Below, piece after piece: positions 37,016 to 47,077 of a DNA stretch of 64,000 nucleotides. Below the pieces are notes generated by a model. The model did not search any database and was not told the DNA's origin. It saw only the letters and a program-made list of their open reading frames with translations. Source of the DNA: Gemmatimonadota bacterium (GTDB taxonomy: Bacteria > Gemmatimonadota > Gemmatimonadetes > Longimicrobiales > Gaopeijiaceae); the NCBI GenBank assembly GCA_034521595.1, contig JAXHMG010000003.1, positions 2,752,001 to 2,816,000 of the forward strand, given 5' to 3'. The position numbers and the translations under genes were made by a program. Numbering within the stretch: position 1 is the stretch's first letter; each line of letters begins with the position of its first letter.

Positions 37016-38197
37016 GTGAACGTTCCCAGCCTCCGAGCCGACACCCCGGGCTGCGCCCACCGCGTGCACCTCAACAATGCGGGGGCGGCGCTGATGCCCA
37101 CACCGGTGCTCGACGCCGTGCACGAGCACCTCGACCTCGAAGCGCGCATCGGCGGATACGAGGCCGAAGCGGAGCGGCAGGAGGCGATCGCCGAAGCGTA
37201 CGCGGCGGTGGGCGCGCTCCTCGGTGCACCGGCGCACAACATCGCGTTCACCGAGCACGCGACTGCCTCCTTCGTCGCCGCCCTCTCCGCGATCCCCTTC
37301 CGGCCGGGCGACGTGATCGCAACCACTCGACACGACTACACGTCGAACCAGATCCAATACCTCTCACTCGCTCGTCGGTTCGGAGTCGAGATCGTGCGCG
37401 TGCCGGACGCTCCCGGAGGCGGCGTGGACCTGGCGGCGATGGAAGAGGTCATCCACCGCCGTCGCCCCAAGCTCGTCGCGGTCACGCACGTCCCCACCAA
37501 CTCTGGCCTGGTCCAGGACGTGGCCGGGATCGGGCGGCTGTGCCGCGCGCGGGACGTCCCCTACCTGGTGGACGGATGCCAGTCCGTGGGCCAGATGCCC
37601 ACCGACGTCGAGGAGATCGGATGTGATTTCTTCTCCGCAACGGCCCGAAAATACCTGCGAGGCCCGAGGGGCGGGGGCTTTCTCTACGTGTCGGATCGCG
37701 CGCTCGACAGGGGGATGGAGCCCCTGTTCCCGGATCTCCGCGGCGCGGACCTCGTCTCCGAAGATCTCTACCAACCGGCGCCGGACGCGCGGCGGTTCGA
37801 AACATGGGAGTTCTCGTGGGCCCTCGTGCTGGGAACGGGGGCGGCCGCGCGGTACGCTCGGGAGGTCGGCCTGGAGCCCATCCGTGACCGTGTGCGGCAA
37901 CTCGCCGGACGGCTCCGCAGCTCGCTCGCATCCATGGTCGGCGTGGACGTCCTGGACAGGGGCTCCGAGCTCGGCGCGATCGTGACCGCCCACGTCTCAG
38001 GTCAAGATCCTGCCGCGCTGGTGCGATCGCTCAGGACCCGGGGGATCAACACGTCGTCCCAGACGCGCCTGGACGCACCCATGGATTTCGAGGCCAAGGC
38101 GGTGGATGGCGCGCTCCGGATCTCACCGCACTACTACAACCACGACGAAGATCTCGAAGCCTTCACCGAGGCGCTGGCGGACATCGTGGAAAGCTGA
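37016..38197 (+). CDS. Class-V PLP enzyme (cysteine desulfurase/C-S lyase-like)
   Basis: HLNNAGAALMP, THVPTNSG, VDGCQSVGQ, ATARKYLRGPRG, RFETWE, LRISPHYYN. Confidence 0.9.
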   Translation: MNVPSLRADTPGCAHRVHLNNAGAALMPTPVLDAVHEHLDLEARIGGYEAEAERQEAIAEAYAAVGALLGAPAHNIAFTEHATASFVAALSAIPFRPGDVIATTRHDYTSNQIQYLSLARRFGVEIVRVPDAPGGGVDLAAMEEVIHRRRPKLVAVTHVPTNSGLVQDVAGIGRLCRARDVPYLVDGCQSVGQMPTDVEEIGCDFFSATARKYLRGPRGGGFLYVSDRALDRGMEPLFPDLRGADLVSEDLYQPAPDARRFETWEFSWALVLGTGAAARYAREVGLEPIRDRVRQLAGRLRSSLASMVGVDVLDRGSELGAIVTAHVSGQDPAALVRSLRTRGINTSSQTRLDAPMDFEAKAVDGALRISPHYYNHDEDLEAFTEALADIVES

Positions 38198-38298
38198 GGG
38201 GGCGCGCCGGCGGCCCCCGCCTCATCCTTGCCGACCGCGTCAGGCGACCGGCATGTTGCGACATTCTGCCTCTGACGCGGCTCGATGCCGAGGTCTCC

Positions 38299-39117
38299 GT
38301 GACGCGACTGGCCCTCTACCAGCCGGACGCCCGCTCCGGCGCGCGCCTGTCATCCGCTCTGGGGAACGAGCACCGCCTCGCCGTCTGCGAGTCGTGGGCC
38401 GAGCTGGAACGGACGCTGGCGTCCGGCACGGTGGAGGGGTGCGTGCTCGACGCCGACCATCCCGCGCCCCGGGAATCCCTGGACCGCATCAAGAGCCTGC
38501 GACGGGCCCATCCCGAGCTCGCGCTCATCGGCTTCACGGACCGTGACGGGCCTCTCGACTACTACGCGTTGGGCGCCTCGGGCCTGGACGGCTTCGTCTC
38601 CGGGGGGGACGGCGCCATGACCACGCGCAACGCGGTCGAGGCCGCTCTGGCGGTCCACCGCGGTCGGGCGACCGAGCGCGCGCTGGAGCCGCATCTTCCC
38701 GCACCCGCCCCGGAGGTGGTGGGTTGGGGGGTGATCCACGCGGGCTCTGCGGCGACGACGGAAGACCTCGCCGCGGCGCTGGGGACCTCGTTGCGAGCGC
38801 TCAGGGAACGCCTGCGCGAGCGCAACCTGCCACCCCCCGCGACACTCCTCGTCTGGGGCCGGCTGGTCGCCGCCGCCGCAAGACTTCACAGGGACGGAGG
38901 AACCGTCGAGGACGCGGCCTTCGCCCTCGGCTACGCCGCGGCTCCTTCGCTCGCCCGAGCCATCCGGAACCGAACCGGAGCCACCCCGGGGGAGCTGGCC
39001 GAAGTCGGCCCGGACCTCGTCCTCCGCGGGCTGGTTGGCGAGGTTACCGGCATCCCAGTCCAGGTTCGTCTCCACCCCGGTGGCGACAACGCGCGCACCT
39101 CCGAGGACCGTTCATGA
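38299..39117 (+). CDS. AraC-like HTH regulator with degenerate receiver-like N-terminus
   Basis: C-terminal LAAALGTSLRAL..., WGRL..AA, TVEDAAFALGYAAAPSLARAIRNRTGATP. Confidence 0.75.
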   Translation: MTRLALYQPDARSGARLSSALGNEHRLAVCESWAELERTLASGTVEGCVLDADHPAPRESLDRIKSLRRAHPELALIGFTDRDGPLDYYALGASGLDGFVSGGDGAMTTRNAVEAALAVHRGRATERALEPHLPAPAPEVVGWGVIHAGSAATTEDLAAALGTSLRALRERLRERNLPPPATLLVWGRLVAAAARLHRDGGTVEDAAFALGYAAAPSLARAIRNRTGATPGELAEVGPDLVLRGLVGEVTGIPVQVRLHPGGDNARTSEDRS

Positions 39118-41759
39118 GCGACTACGACCTACCCGACCTTCCGTCCGACAAGGACCTCGGCATCACGGAGGAAGACCTCCGCTCCCTGGAAGAGACCGGC
39201 GAGGCCCCACGCGACGGTGGATCCCGGGAATCGCCGGCCGACGGTGGCGCCGGCGGAAGCCCTCCGACGCGGAGCCATGCGGACGAGCACGAGCCCAGGC
39301 GTTGGCGGGGTCCGCTGACGCTCGCTCTACTCCTTGCTCTCTCCTGGACGGCCAGCATCCGCTCCGGGCTGCCCGAGCCCGTGCCGGCCGACGCTCCCGA
39401 CACCGCCTTCTCGGCGGCACGCGCCATGGCGGTGGTCTCCGACATCGCACGGGCGCCTCGTCCTCCGGGATCGCCCGAGCACGCGCGGGTCCGTGAGAAC
39501 CTCGTCTCCAGGCTGACGGCGCTGGGCCTCGAGCCGAGCGTCCAGACCACGACCGCCGCGCTGGAGGGGGACGGCTTCGCCCGGACCGCGACCGTTCGAA
39601 ACGTCGTCGCCCGCGTACCGGGAACCGACCCGACCGGAGCGCTGCTCCTCACGGCCCACTACGACGGAACCGAGCTCTCACCGGCGGCGGCGGACAACGC
39701 CTCGGGAGTCGCCACCGTGCTCGAAGCGGTGCGCGCGATCCAGGCCGGCGATCCGCTCCGCAACGACGTGATCGTGCTCTTCACCGACGCCGAGGAGGTC
39801 GGCCTTCTCGGCGCCGAAGCGTTCGTCCGCGACCACCCGTGGCTCGAGGACGTGGAAGTGGTGGTGTCGTTCGAGATGCGCGGCTCGGCCGGCCCGTCGA
39901 TCCTCTTCGAGACCGGGAGCGAGAACGGCACCGTCGTCCGGGCTCTCCGGGACGCCACACCCGACGCCTTCGGCACTTCCCTGGGAGAGGCGTTCTACCC
40001 GTACATGCCGAATGCCACCGACTTCACCGTCTTCGAGCGGGCGGGCAAGCAGGGGCTCAACTTCGCGGCCGTCGACAACGCGTCGGTCTATCACACGCCG
40101 AGAGACCTCCCTTCCGAGCTTTCGAATCGGACCCTGCAACACCACGGGCTGCACGCGATGGCCGCGCTGCGCGGGCTCGGCAACGACGACCTGAGCGACG
40201 TGCGTGGGCCCGATGCAGTGTACTTTTCGGTCCCGGGGATCGGCCTGGTGACGTACGGCAGCCGCTGGGTGATCCCGTTGAGCGGCCTGTTGGTCCTCGG
40301 CGCCCTCGGAGCGTTCGTGCTGGCCCTGCGCCGAGGGGCCCGAACCACGGCGGTGCTGGCCGGATTCGGTCTGTCGATCGTCGCGCTCTCCCTCGGCTAC
40401 GGTGCCGGCCTGGTGCTCGTCGACTGGGCTCGCGGCGCGCACGCCGAGGCGGGACGGCTGCCGGCGGCCCTCTTCTACGGCGAAGGTTGGTACGTGCTGG
40501 CCATCGCCGCTGCCGCGCTCGTCGTGGTGAGCACGCTGTTGTCGGTGGTGCGCAGCCGCATGTCCCTGCCGGAGCTCACGCTGGGAGTGGTAATCCTCCC
40601 CCTGGCGGCGGCCATCGGGCTCTCGATCGTCTTTCCCGAGGCCGCCGCGCCCCTGCAGTGGGCGACCCTGTCCACCCTCCTTTCGGCCGCGCTGCTCGTT
40701 CTGCTGGGGTCCCGCGGCAGCAGCCACACGGGATGGCTCGCCGCGCTCCTGCTCGCCGTGCCCGCCTTCGTCTTTCTGGTGCCGGCCGCCGAGCTCCTCT
40801 GGCTGGCGGGCACGTTGCGTCTGGCCGGAGCGCTGGGCGCGTTCATCGTGTTGAGCCTCCTCCTCGCGCTGCCGGCGATCGACCACCTTCGGGAGCCGAA
40901 CGGATGGTGGGTGCCGGCCCTGGCGCTCCTCGCCGCGGTCGGCGCCGTCGGCATGGCGCGCCTCGGAAGCGACGTGAGCCCCCTCACCCCCGTGCCCTCG
41001 ACCCTGGTGTACCAGTACGAGCACGGGAGCGAGAACGGCTTCTGGATCACGGATTCCGCCACGGTCGAGGCCGGAGGCCCCACCTCTCAGGCCTCGGAGT
41101 GGCTCGCCGCACGGGCGGGAACCGGCTTCACCCAACGAATGGACTTCACGGAAGTGGGCTACCGGCCCGGAAGGGCCCCCGTCGCCGAGGCGCCCGCCGC
41201 CTCGGTCCTCGAACCGGTGCTGACGATTCGAAACGACACCACGGAGGGGATCGTGCGGCGGGTCACCCTCGACATCCGTTCCCGCATCGGGGCCGAGCGC
41301 CTGTACTTCGCCCGTTCGGTCGGCGCCGAGAGCACGCGGATCACGTCGGTGAACGGGCGAGCGCTCGCGAACCCCTACGACCTCACCTGGGTCGACCACT
41401 GGGGCGTTCCGGACTCGGTGGTGGTGCTCGGCCTGGAGATGCCGGCCGGCTCGGAGATCGATCTCGTGGTCTCCGAGCACCACCTCCGGCCGGCCGAGAT
41501 CCTGGGACCCGGGACGTTCCAGCGCCCGCCGGGCCTCGAGGCGAACGTCCTCCGCATGAGCGACCGGGCGATTCTCACCACCCGCCTGCAGCCGGAGACG
41601 GTCCCGTCCGAGGCGCCGCCACCGGCGGACACCTTGCCGAGCCTGGATACCCTGCCGGCCCTCGACACCCTGCCAACCCTCGACCCGCTCCCCGGCGACA
41701 CGGCCACGACCGGCGCGAGCCCGGCGGCCGAGACGCGAACCCGGGACGGAGGCGCTTGA
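39114..41759 (+). CDS. Membrane-bound M28-family metallopeptidase (ERMP1-like)
   Basis: FSAARA, LLTAHYD, AADNASG, FTDAEEVGLLGA, TDFTVF, YHTPRD; multi-TM middle region; ATGA coupling to the upstream gene. Confidence 0.9.
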   Translation: MSDYDLPDLPSDKDLGITEEDLRSLEETGEAPRDGGSRESPADGGAGGSPPTRSHADEHEPRRWRGPLTLALLLALSWTASIRSGLPEPVPADAPDTAFSAARAMAVVSDIARAPRPPGSPEHARVRENLVSRLTALGLEPSVQTTTAALEGDGFARTATVRNVVARVPGTDPTGALLLTAHYDGTELSPAAADNASGVATVLEAVRAIQAGDPLRNDVIVLFTDAEEVGLLGAEAFVRDHPWLEDVEVVVSFEMRGSAGPSILFETGSENGTVVRALRDATPDAFGTSLGEAFYPYMPNATDFTVFERAGKQGLNFAAVDNASVYHTPRDLPSELSNRTLQHHGLHAMAALRGLGNDDLSDVRGPDAVYFSVPGIGLVTYGSRWVIPLSGLLVLGALGAFVLALRRGARTTAVLAGFGLSIVALSLGYGAGLVLVDWARGAHAEAGRLPAALFYGEGWYVLAIAAAALVVVSTLLSVVRSRMSLPELTLGVVILPLAAAIGLSIVFPEAAAPLQWATLSTLLSAALLVLLGSRGSSHTGWLAALLLAVPAFVFLVPAAELLWLAGTLRLAGALGAFIVLSLLLALPAIDHLREPNGWWVPALALLAAVGAVGMARLGSDVSPLTPVPSTLVYQYEHGSENGFWITDSATVEAGGPTSQASEWLAARAGTGFTQRMDFTEVGYRPGRAPVAEAPAASVLEPVLTIRNDTTEGIVRRVTLDIRSRIGAERLYFARSVGAESTRITSVNGRALANPYDLTWVDHWGVPDSVVVLGLEMPAGSEIDLVVSEHHLRPAEILGPGTFQRPPGLEANVLRMSDRAILTTRLQPETVPSEAPPPADTLPSLDTLPALDTLPTLDPLPGDTATTGASPAAETRTRDGGA
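41628..41699 (+). repeat. Four degenerate 18-nt coding repeats (DTLPSL-DTLPAL-DTLPTL-DPLPGD)
   Basis: Visible in both the DNA and the translation at the M28 C-terminus. Confidence 0.7.
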
Positions 41760-41785
41760 GTATTTCTTGAGTACGATATGAGTAT
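41756..41785. repeat. Triple TGAGTA direct repeat with 11-bp period (copy 1)
   Basis: TTGAGTA-tttc-TTGAGTA-cgat-ATGAGTA; TGAGTA at 41757, 41768 and 41779. Confidence 0.8.
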
Positions 41786-41814
41786 ACCAGCCCGGGCCAC
41801 ACCGGAATCCCGAC

Positions 41815-42399
41815 CTACGGCGTGTACCCGCGCAGCCGGTTGTAGCGCTCCACCTGGCCCTCGTCGAGAATCTCCGCCGTCTCGAGATGCGCATTCAGGT
41901 GCACCGCGCGAAGGCGTCCCCGCGCCTCCCCGATCTCCACGCTCAGTCGTTCGACGTCGTCCGGCGTGACGTGACCGTGGGCGAACCGGCGATCGAGCTC
42001 GGTTTCCAGCGAAAGCACCTCGGCGCCGATCGCTCGCGCTTCCTCGGCCATGCGTTCTTCGATCTCGCCGATCGCACGGCGCTGAGGGTCGGTCAGCGAA
42101 AGCTCCTCCGCGAGCTCGAGGGCGTGCTTCGGTCCCGGGACGCCGTTGAGCTCCGCGGAAAGCGCGAACCCCATGCCTTCACCGCGCTCGAGGCCCCGCG
42201 CCTCCTCCTCGGAAAGCGCCTTGACGGCCCGATCTTCCAGCTCTGCATACGCAGACGCCGCGGAGTCGTGCTCCGCATGGCCCGAATGGGGATCCTGGGC
42301 CCGAGCCCCGGCCGCGAAGACGGACCCGAGGATGAGTCCCGTCGCAACGAGCCCCAGCGCCCGGACGCTCGGGCTCCGGATCGAACGCAGCGTTGTCAT
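41815..42399 (-). CDS. Periplasmic Spy/CpxP-like (heavy-metal sensor-type) protein
   Basis: Signal peptide; His-rich N-terminus; G.GMGFA..AELNG.PGPKH.LELA..L.LT..Q; HL....IL...Q...Y..LRGY. Confidence 0.75.
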   Translation of the reverse strand: MTTLRSIRSPSVRALGLVATGLILGSVFAAGARAQDPHSGHAEHDSAASAYAELEDRAVKALSEEEARGLERGEGMGFALSAELNGVPGPKHALELAEELSLTDPQRRAIGEIEERMAEEARAIGAEVLSLETELDRRFAHGHVTPDDVERLSVEIGEARGRLRAVHLNAHLETAEILDEGQVERYNRLRGYTP

Positions 42400-42417
42400 A
42401 TCGTCGCTTCTCTCTCG

Positions 42418-43371
42418 TTACTTCGGTGGCAAGACGCGCTCGAGGCGGGATCGGTCCCACCCGCCGAGGTCGGCCGCCGCCGCGTAGGTGCTCTCCAGGA
42501 ATTCCCGGAGCGCCGCATCGGGATCGGGCGCGGAGCGAACCTCCTCGTACGGTAACACGAACTCCCCGAGGGCAGGATGGAAGGACGCGCCCGCCGGATG
42601 GACCGGATGCGCCCGGTACCCCTCGGGCTCCGGGTACGCGTACGCGTAGAACGCCGCCTCGCCCAGCCCCGTTCCGGGCCAGAAGCCGGCGCTCGCCAGC
42701 TCGTCGGAATACGCCTCTTCCATGACCCAATCGGCCACGTTCGGCGCTCCCCCGGGATGCTTCGGCGCGGGCCGCCCGGAGAAGCGGGTGACGGCCAGAT
42801 CGAACGCACCCCAGAAGAAGTGCGCGGGGCTCGATTTTCCCACGAAGCCGGCGCGGAAGCGCTTGAAGACCCGGTCCACCTGGACCAGCGCCCGCCAGAA
42901 GGCGTGCACGTCCGCCGCGTCGTACGGCCGACGCGCCCGGTCTTCGGCGAACGGAACCGACACCTCGACCTCGACCGGCCGTGCCAGGATCGAAACCTCG
43001 ATCCGCAGGTCCGTCAGCCCTCCCATGAGCTCCCGGTAGAAGTCGGACACCGACATGGGCCCCAAGCCCATGCTCCACTTCCTACCCCACGACGTGCTGA
43101 TCCGGAGCGCATGGTCGACGAAGTCGAAGTCGATCGCGAAGCTCTCCCCGCGGTAGGGAATCGGCGACGTGGTGAGGCCCCGGCTGGTCACGTACAGAGT
43201 GGAGCCCCACGAATGGTTGATCCAAGGCGAGAGCTCGAGGCGCACCTTCCCGACGATCTGGGTCCAGAGGTGGACGGCGGTCAGCGTCTCTTGCCACTCC
43301 TCGAGCGGAGGAAGGGTGGGCCAGGAATCGGGGTTCGGGGCGTCAACGCTCATCTTGACGTCATCTCCCAT
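42418..43371 (-). CDS. DUF5996 family protein
   Basis: WPTLP...WQET..LWTQIVGKVRL, RGLTTSPIP, FRAGFVGKSSP.HFFWGAFDLAVTRFSGR, EAYS.E..SAGFWPG, AFYAYAYPEP. Confidence 0.85.
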   Translation of the reverse strand: MGDDVKMSVDAPNPDSWPTLPPLEEWQETLTAVHLWTQIVGKVRLELSPWINHSWGSTLYVTSRGLTTSPIPYRGESFAIDFDFVDHALRISTSWGRKWSMGLGPMSVSDFYRELMGGLTDLRIEVSILARPVEVEVSVPFAEDRARRPYDAADVHAFWRALVQVDRVFKRFRAGFVGKSSPAHFFWGAFDLAVTRFSGRPAPKHPGGAPNVADWVMEEAYSDELASAGFWPGTGLGEAAFYAYAYPEPEGYRAHPVHPAGASFHPALGEFVLPYEEVRSAPDPDAALREFLESTYAAAADLGGWDRSRLERVLPPK

Positions 43372-43515
43372 CGCGATCCTCTCGTTTTCGGGCGGTGCGG
43401 GAACGGCGCCGATTTCCGCGCCGAAAGGGGCTGGTCCATCTCCCCCGGAGTGTGCAGACTTTCTACGAACATATCACGGCGCAACGGCAAACCACGACCC
43501 GAACCGAACCGCTCC

Positions 43516-44121
43516 ATGACCCGAGAGCTCCTGCAGGGATTGACCCACTTCAAGAAGGACTACTTCCGGACCTACGAAGACCGGTACCGGAAGCTCGTCG
43601 CCGAGGGGCAGAAGCCCGGCACCCTCTTCATCGGATGCTCGGACTCGCGCGTCGTGCCGTCGATCATCACCGACTCGGGTCCGGGGGACCTGTTCGTCGT
43701 GCGCAACGTCGGAAACATCGTGCCCCGCTACGAGGTCGACGAGGGTCATCACGGTGTTTCGGCGGCGATCGACTTTGCCGTGGACGTGCTGGAAGTACGG
43801 GACATCGTCGTCTGTGGGCACTCCCACTGCGGCGCGATGCAGGCGCTCTACGACACGTCGTCGGACCTCTCGGAGAACCTCCGCCGCTGGCTCGAGCTGG
43901 CGGCTCCGGCGAAGGTCGACGAGCCCGTATCGGAGGCGATGCTCCGGCGTACCGAGCAGCGCTCCATCGTCGTTCAGCTCGACCGGCTCATGGAGTTTCC
44001 CAACGTGCGCTCGAAGGTCGAAGCCGGACGGATCGCGCTGCACGGATGGCACTACGTGATCGAAGACGGGACCGTGCACATCCTGGACGCCGGATCGGGT
44101 GCGTTCGTGCCGCACGGGTAG
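43516..44121 (+). CDS. Beta-class carbonic anhydrase
   Basis: GQKP, IGCSDSRV, PGDLFVVRNVGN, VCGHSHCGA, LHGWHY. Confidence 0.95.
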   Translation: MTRELLQGLTHFKKDYFRTYEDRYRKLVAEGQKPGTLFIGCSDSRVVPSIITDSGPGDLFVVRNVGNIVPRYEVDEGHHGVSAAIDFAVDVLEVRDIVVCGHSHCGAMQALYDTSSDLSENLRRWLELAAPAKVDEPVSEAMLRRTEQRSIVVQLDRLMEFPNVRSKVEAGRIALHGWHYVIEDGTVHILDAGSGAFVPHG

Positions 44122-44199
44122 GCCCGGTTCGACTGGCGGCGGCCGCTCCGTCGACACGGATTTTTTGCGTCAGGCGCCTCGGTCGCGTATGTGACAGCT

Positions 44200-45051
44200 A
44201 TGAACAGCCCGTCCGCCGACCCGACCCCGGCACCGCATCCGGTGACTACCCACAGCCCCATACGGGTGGCTCTATTCGCCACGTGCCTGGCCGACCGCTT
44301 CTTCGCCGACGCCTGCGCGGACAGCGTGCGCGTGCTCGAGCGATTCGGCGTCGAAGTCGACGTGCCCGAGGGCCAGACGTGTTGCGGCCAGCCGGCGTAC
44401 AACACGGGGCACCGTGAGGAAGCCGCCCGCATGGCGCGCCAGACCGCCCGGACCTTCGCCGACGCCGACTACGTGGTGCTCCCGTCCGGCAGCTGCGCGG
44501 GCATGATCCGGAGCTTCTACCCCGGACTTCTGGACACGCCGGGCGCCGAGGACCCCGGCGCCCGCACACCCGCCGCGGTGGCGCGGTCACGCGCCTCGCC
44601 CCTCTCCGCCCGTGCCTACGAGCTCGCCGAGTTCCTCGTGCGGGTGCTCGAGGTCTTGACCCCAGCGCCCGACGGCACCCATGTCCCGCTCGGCACCGGC
44701 CTCGCCGGCCGGCGCATCGCCTACCACCACGGCTGCCACGCGCTCCGCGAGCTCGGGGTGCGTGACGAGCCGCTCGCGCTTCTCCGCGCGTGCGGCGCCG
44801 AGGTCGTCGCCTGGGACGGTGACATCGAGTGCTGCGGCTTCGGCGGTCTCTTCAGCACGAAGTTTCCCGCGGTCTCGGCGGGCATGGCGGACCGCAAGCT
44901 CGACGCGCTCTCCCCGGGAGTGGACGCCGTGGCGTCCGCCGACGGCGGCTGTCTCCTCCAGCTCGCGGGGCGGGCGCGGCACCGGAGCGCCGGGGCCCAG
45001 CCCCCATTCGTCCACCTGGCGACCCTCCTCCGCGAAGGGATCGGCGCATGA
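44200..45051 (+). CDS. lutA: Lactate utilization protein A (CCG-domain Fe-S protein)
   Basis: LFATCLAD, QTCCGQPAYNTG, PSGSCAGM, YHHGCHALR, ECCGFGGLFS, DGGCL. Confidence 0.88.
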   Translation: MNSPSADPTPAPHPVTTHSPIRVALFATCLADRFFADACADSVRVLERFGVEVDVPEGQTCCGQPAYNTGHREEAARMARQTARTFADADYVVLPSGSCAGMIRSFYPGLLDTPGAEDPGARTPAAVARSRASPLSARAYELAEFLVRVLEVLTPAPDGTHVPLGTGLAGRRIAYHHGCHALRELGVRDEPLALLRACGAEVVAWDGDIECCGFGGLFSTKFPAVSAGMADRKLDALSPGVDAVASADGGCLLQLAGRARHRSAGAQPPFVHLATLLREGIGA

Positions 45052-46448
45052 GCGAGGCGTTCCGGCCCGCCCACTACGGCACCAACGCCGCACGCATCAT
45101 CCGCGACGAGCCCACGATGCGCACCGCCGTGACCGAGGCCACGCGCTCCAAAGACGAACGGCGGCAAGCCGCCTGGGCCGAGATCGACGCCGACGCGTGG
45201 CGCGACTGGGCACGCGACCTCAAGACGCACGTGCTCACGCACCTCGCCGACTACCTCGAGGAAGCCGAGGATCGCCTGATCGAGAACGGCGTCCACGTCC
45301 ATTGGGCGGAGACGGCGGAAGACGCGTGCCGCACGGTCACCCGGATCGCCGACGGGCGCGGCGTCCGGCGCGTCGTCAAAGCCAAGAGCATGTTGACCGA
45401 GGAGGTGGGGCTAAACGCCCACCTGGAGGCCGGGGGCCTCGAGGTGCGGGAAACCGATCTCGGCGAGTTCATCATCCAGCTCCTGGACGAGCCTCCGAGT
45501 CATATCGTGGGCCCCTCGCTCCACCGGAGCCTCGACGACTGCCGCCGCCTCTTTCACGAGCGCTTCGGCACGCCCCCGGACGCCACTCCGGAGACCCTCG
45601 CGGCCACGGCGCGGCGGGTGCTTCGCGACGACTTCCTCCGGGCCGACATGGGTGTGTCGGGCGCGAACTTCCTGGCGGCCGACACCGGAACCCTCGCGCT
45701 CATCGAGAACGAGGGAAACATCCGCATCTCGACCTCCGTTCCGCCCGTCCACGTGGCGCTGGTGGGCATCGAGAAGCTCGTTCCGACCTTCGAAGACCTC
45801 TCGGGGATGATTCAGCTCACGGCCCGGTCGGCGACGGGTCAGCCGATCGGCAACTACACGTCGCTCATCCAGGGGCCCCGCCGGCCGGGTGAGCGCGACG
45901 GCCCGGAGGAGGTCCACGTCGTGCTGGTCGACAACGGGCGCAGCCGCCTGCTGGCCGACGACCACGCCTGGGAGACGCTCCGGTGTGTGCGGTGCGGTTC
46001 CTGCCTGAACATCTGCCCCGTTTACCGGCAGACGGGCGGCCACGCGTACGGGTGGGCGTATTCGGGGCCGATCGGCGCGATCCTGGCGCCGGGCCTGCTC
46101 GGACTCGAGGAATCGATGCCGCTTCCGTACGCCTCGAGTCTGTGCGGCGCTTGCGCGGAGGTATGTCCGGTTCGTATTCCAATACCGGAGCTGCTGGTCT
46201 ACTGGCGGGAGCGCGCGGCCGAGGAAGGCCTCGCGCCCCGCACCGAGACGGCGGCGATGAAGGCGTGGGCGACATTGGCGGAGCACCCCGGTGCGTTCGG
46301 GGCGGCCGCCGAAGCGATACGCGTGCTTCCGCGGGGCAAAGCTGGACGGGCGCTGCCGGTGTTGCGGGGCTGGGTGGAGGAACGTGCGGCGCCGGAACCG
46401 AGTGGTGAGCGTTTTCTTGACACCTGGAACAGGAGGGAGGACAGGTGA
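45048..46448 (+). CDS. lutB: Lactate utilization protein B (Fe-S)
   Basis: VKAKSM..EE, ETDLGEFI, PSHIV, NEGN, RSATGQ, LRCVRCGSCLNICPVY, SSLCGACAEVCPVRI. Confidence 0.92.
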   Translation: MSEAFRPAHYGTNAARIIRDEPTMRTAVTEATRSKDERRQAAWAEIDADAWRDWARDLKTHVLTHLADYLEEAEDRLIENGVHVHWAETAEDACRTVTRIADGRGVRRVVKAKSMLTEEVGLNAHLEAGGLEVRETDLGEFIIQLLDEPPSHIVGPSLHRSLDDCRRLFHERFGTPPDATPETLAATARRVLRDDFLRADMGVSGANFLAADTGTLALIENEGNIRISTSVPPVHVALVGIEKLVPTFEDLSGMIQLTARSATGQPIGNYTSLIQGPRRPGERDGPEEVHVVLVDNGRSRLLADDHAWETLRCVRCGSCLNICPVYRQTGGHAYGWAYSGPIGAILAPGLLGLEESMPLPYASSLCGACAEVCPVRIPIPELLVYWRERAAEEGLAPRTETAAMKAWATLAEHPGAFGAAAEAIRVLPRGKAGRALPVLRGWVEERAAPEPSGERFLDTWNRREDR

Positions 46449-47062
46449 GTCCGCGCAACCGGATTCTAGGACACGTGCGAGCGGCCACCGCGACCCGGCC
46501 GGAGGCACCTCATCCCGGCAGGTTCGACGGGACGTACGCGACCGACGACGACCGGACCCCGGTCGAGCGGTTCAGTGACCTGTTCACGACCTCAGGCGGC
46601 GAGATCGAGCGGTTCGAAGACGTCGAAGCGGCCGCGCGTTGGCTCGCTCGCTACGCGGACGACTACGACGGCGTCACGGTCGGGGCGACGGTGCCGACCG
46701 CGCTCCGTCCGGCGCTGCCCTCCACCTGCCCGGACCTCGCGCCGCTCGGCGTCACGCTGGCGGCCGCGGCCATCGCCGAAACCGGATCGCTCGTGCTCGA
46801 CGCACGGGACGGCCGCCGCACGCAGTTGCTCGCACCGACCCACGTCGTCTTCGTGAAGGCACGGGATATCCATTCCACCCTCGTCGACGCGCTGAGCGAT
46901 CTCCGCGGCGACCTCCCCTCGGCGATCGGCCTCCATTCGGGTCCGTCGAAGTCGGCGGACATCGGCCAGATCCTGGTGCGCGGCGTGCACGGGCCGGGCC
47001 GCATCGTGGCCGCCATCCTCGGGGAACACCCGGATGAGCTCCGAGGAGGCCGGCACGGCTGA
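46445..47062 (+). CDS. lutC: Lactate utilization protein C (LUD domain)
   Basis: AIAETGS, SGPSKSADI, LVRGVHGP. Confidence 0.88.
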   Translation: MSPRNRILGHVRAATATRPEAPHPGRFDGTYATDDDRTPVERFSDLFTTSGGEIERFEDVEAAARWLARYADDYDGVTVGATVPTALRPALPSTCPDLAPLGVTLAAAAIAETGSLVLDARDGRRTQLLAPTHVVFVKARDIHSTLVDALSDLRGDLPSAIGLHSGPSKSADIGQILVRGVHGPGRIVAAILGEHPDELRGGRHG

Positions 47063-47077
47063 GTTCGGCGCGGGCTG

